DNA of 64,000 nucleotides from an uncultured Methanoregulaceae archaeon (GTDB lineage Archaea; Halobacteriota; Methanomicrobia; Methanomicrobiales; Methanospirillaceae). Below the pieces are notes generated by a model that had not been told where the DNA came from, did not search any database, and saw only the letters and a program-made list of their open reading frames with translations. Where the stretch lies: contig OY969564.1 in NCBI GenBank assembly GCA_963701095.1, positions 288,001-352,000 of the forward strand, given 5' to 3'. A program made the position numbers and the translations under genes. Positions 63,118 to 64,000 of this stretch are shown here, one piece after another; the stretch's first letter is position 1; the number at the start of each line of letters is the position of its first letter.

Positions 63118-64000
63118 TCAGTCGTATTTCTTATAATAGTTCAGTTGTTCATCTGTGGGTTCCAGAGCCCGAATTTCTCCCTTGGAGTTCTTGATTAGCA
63201 GACCCTCTTCATTAAGACGAGAGAATGACTCCCTATACTGATCTATACTCATAGGGATCTTGTTCAGGTTCTGGATTATTAACTCCTCAGGAAGGTACAC
63301 ATCAACATTGTCCATTTTTATAATGAAGAGATACAGCTTTCGATCACGAGGTTCCCGGGTCATCATGGCAGACCGGGGATATTTTGTTGAGTAGAGATCA
63401 TTTGTGAGGGTAATCATATCCTCCAGATGTTCAAAGGCCATTTTTATCTCATCAGTTCCGGCTTCCCGTTTGGCAAATAACCTCGAAATGGACGTCGCTG
63501 CTCGCGGTATACTCGTTCCCAGATCAAATCTGCAGGGTACTTTGTTCGTCTCAAACAGATTTTTTAAAGCGTAAATCTCGTCAATTAACAGTTTTTCGTG
63601 TTCTTGCGGAATATTGGGACGATAGAGTACCGAATCGATCAGATATCCGGTGACAAAAGGTTCGTCAGCTCTCCTGTGCTTCCCGATACCATCCGGTTCC
63701 TTTTGCCTCACAATCAATCGTCAAAGGATTATGCATTACTGTATTTTCAGGGAGATAAATGGCATAACTCACCTCGATGTTTCGCGATAGTCCTTCTGCC
63801 CCCTCCTCTTTTGATATTTTATAATAATAGGGGGAACTTGTTTTCCGAAACTCCATCGGAATGATTTGCATAGTTCTGCTGTATGCAGTCCAACCAGATT
63901 TATCGGAGAACACTGCGGTATTTATTCCGCCCATATTTGACATCAAAGGTGGGGCAGAGAGGCACGATAAGGCGGAGCAGAGTGCTATGCTTTTCAGGTC
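63118..64000 (-). CDS. Partial hypothetical protein, possibly MCM-like with C-terminal winged helix (frameshift near 63670-63715; 5' end outside window)
   Basis: LSAPP..GGINTAV, PRAATSISRL, DEIKMA, RLNEEGLLIK; two overlapping ORFs. Confidence 0.4.

Noticed and set aside
5516..63717. About a dozen apparent pseudogenes or programmed frameshifts (terY, pntAA, Yip1, AI-2E, ABC ATPase, mgtA, ACT regulator, UPF0280, alaS, hisH, mrpF, PLD)
   Set aside because: Single-base shifts, several in short homopolymers, affect even essential alaS and show no other decay. This pattern fits uncorrected long-read indels; read polishing would settle it.
1..64000. CRISPR arrays, rRNA genes, IS transposases, Sec/Pyl readthrough
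   Set aside because: None seen by eye; broken genes need frame changes rather than stop-codon readthrough.

Overview
Archaeal chromosomal window, probably a Methanomicrobiales methanogen (Methanoregula-like). This is inferred from tgtA/arcS, TFE, aTrm56, the COG1900/NIL-ferredoxin homocysteine pair, archaeal AlaRS and an archaeal RNase P RNA. Most of it is housekeeping and transport genes (kdpB, pntAA/AB/B, mgtA, H+ P-type ATPase, ABC transporters, alaS, hisH). About a dozen genes carry single-base frameshifts, several in short homopolymer runs, which I read as long-read assembly errors. The standout is an ~8.0 kb integrative element (27978-35973) encoding a tyrosine integrase, a D5/SF3 helicase, a putative iteron origin and a serine resolvase. 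It appears to have recombined in the anticodon arm of tRNA-Leu(GAG) and left the host gene split in two unrepaired halves. It carries its own complete tRNA-Leu(GAG), which differs by one compensatory base pair (C-G to T-A) that removes the perfect match to the 18-bp att core. Other accessory loci are a TerY-P (vWA/PP2C/kinase) operon with an extra HEAT-repeat gene, a PLD-Zn finger + SIR2 pair in an AT-rich island at the right end, a pentameric ligand-gated channel homologue, a PP2C pseudophosphatase and several micro-ORFs missing from the ORF track, including a 27-aa histone-H1-like PAKK peptide. All family calls come from motif recognition by eye; no database searches were run.
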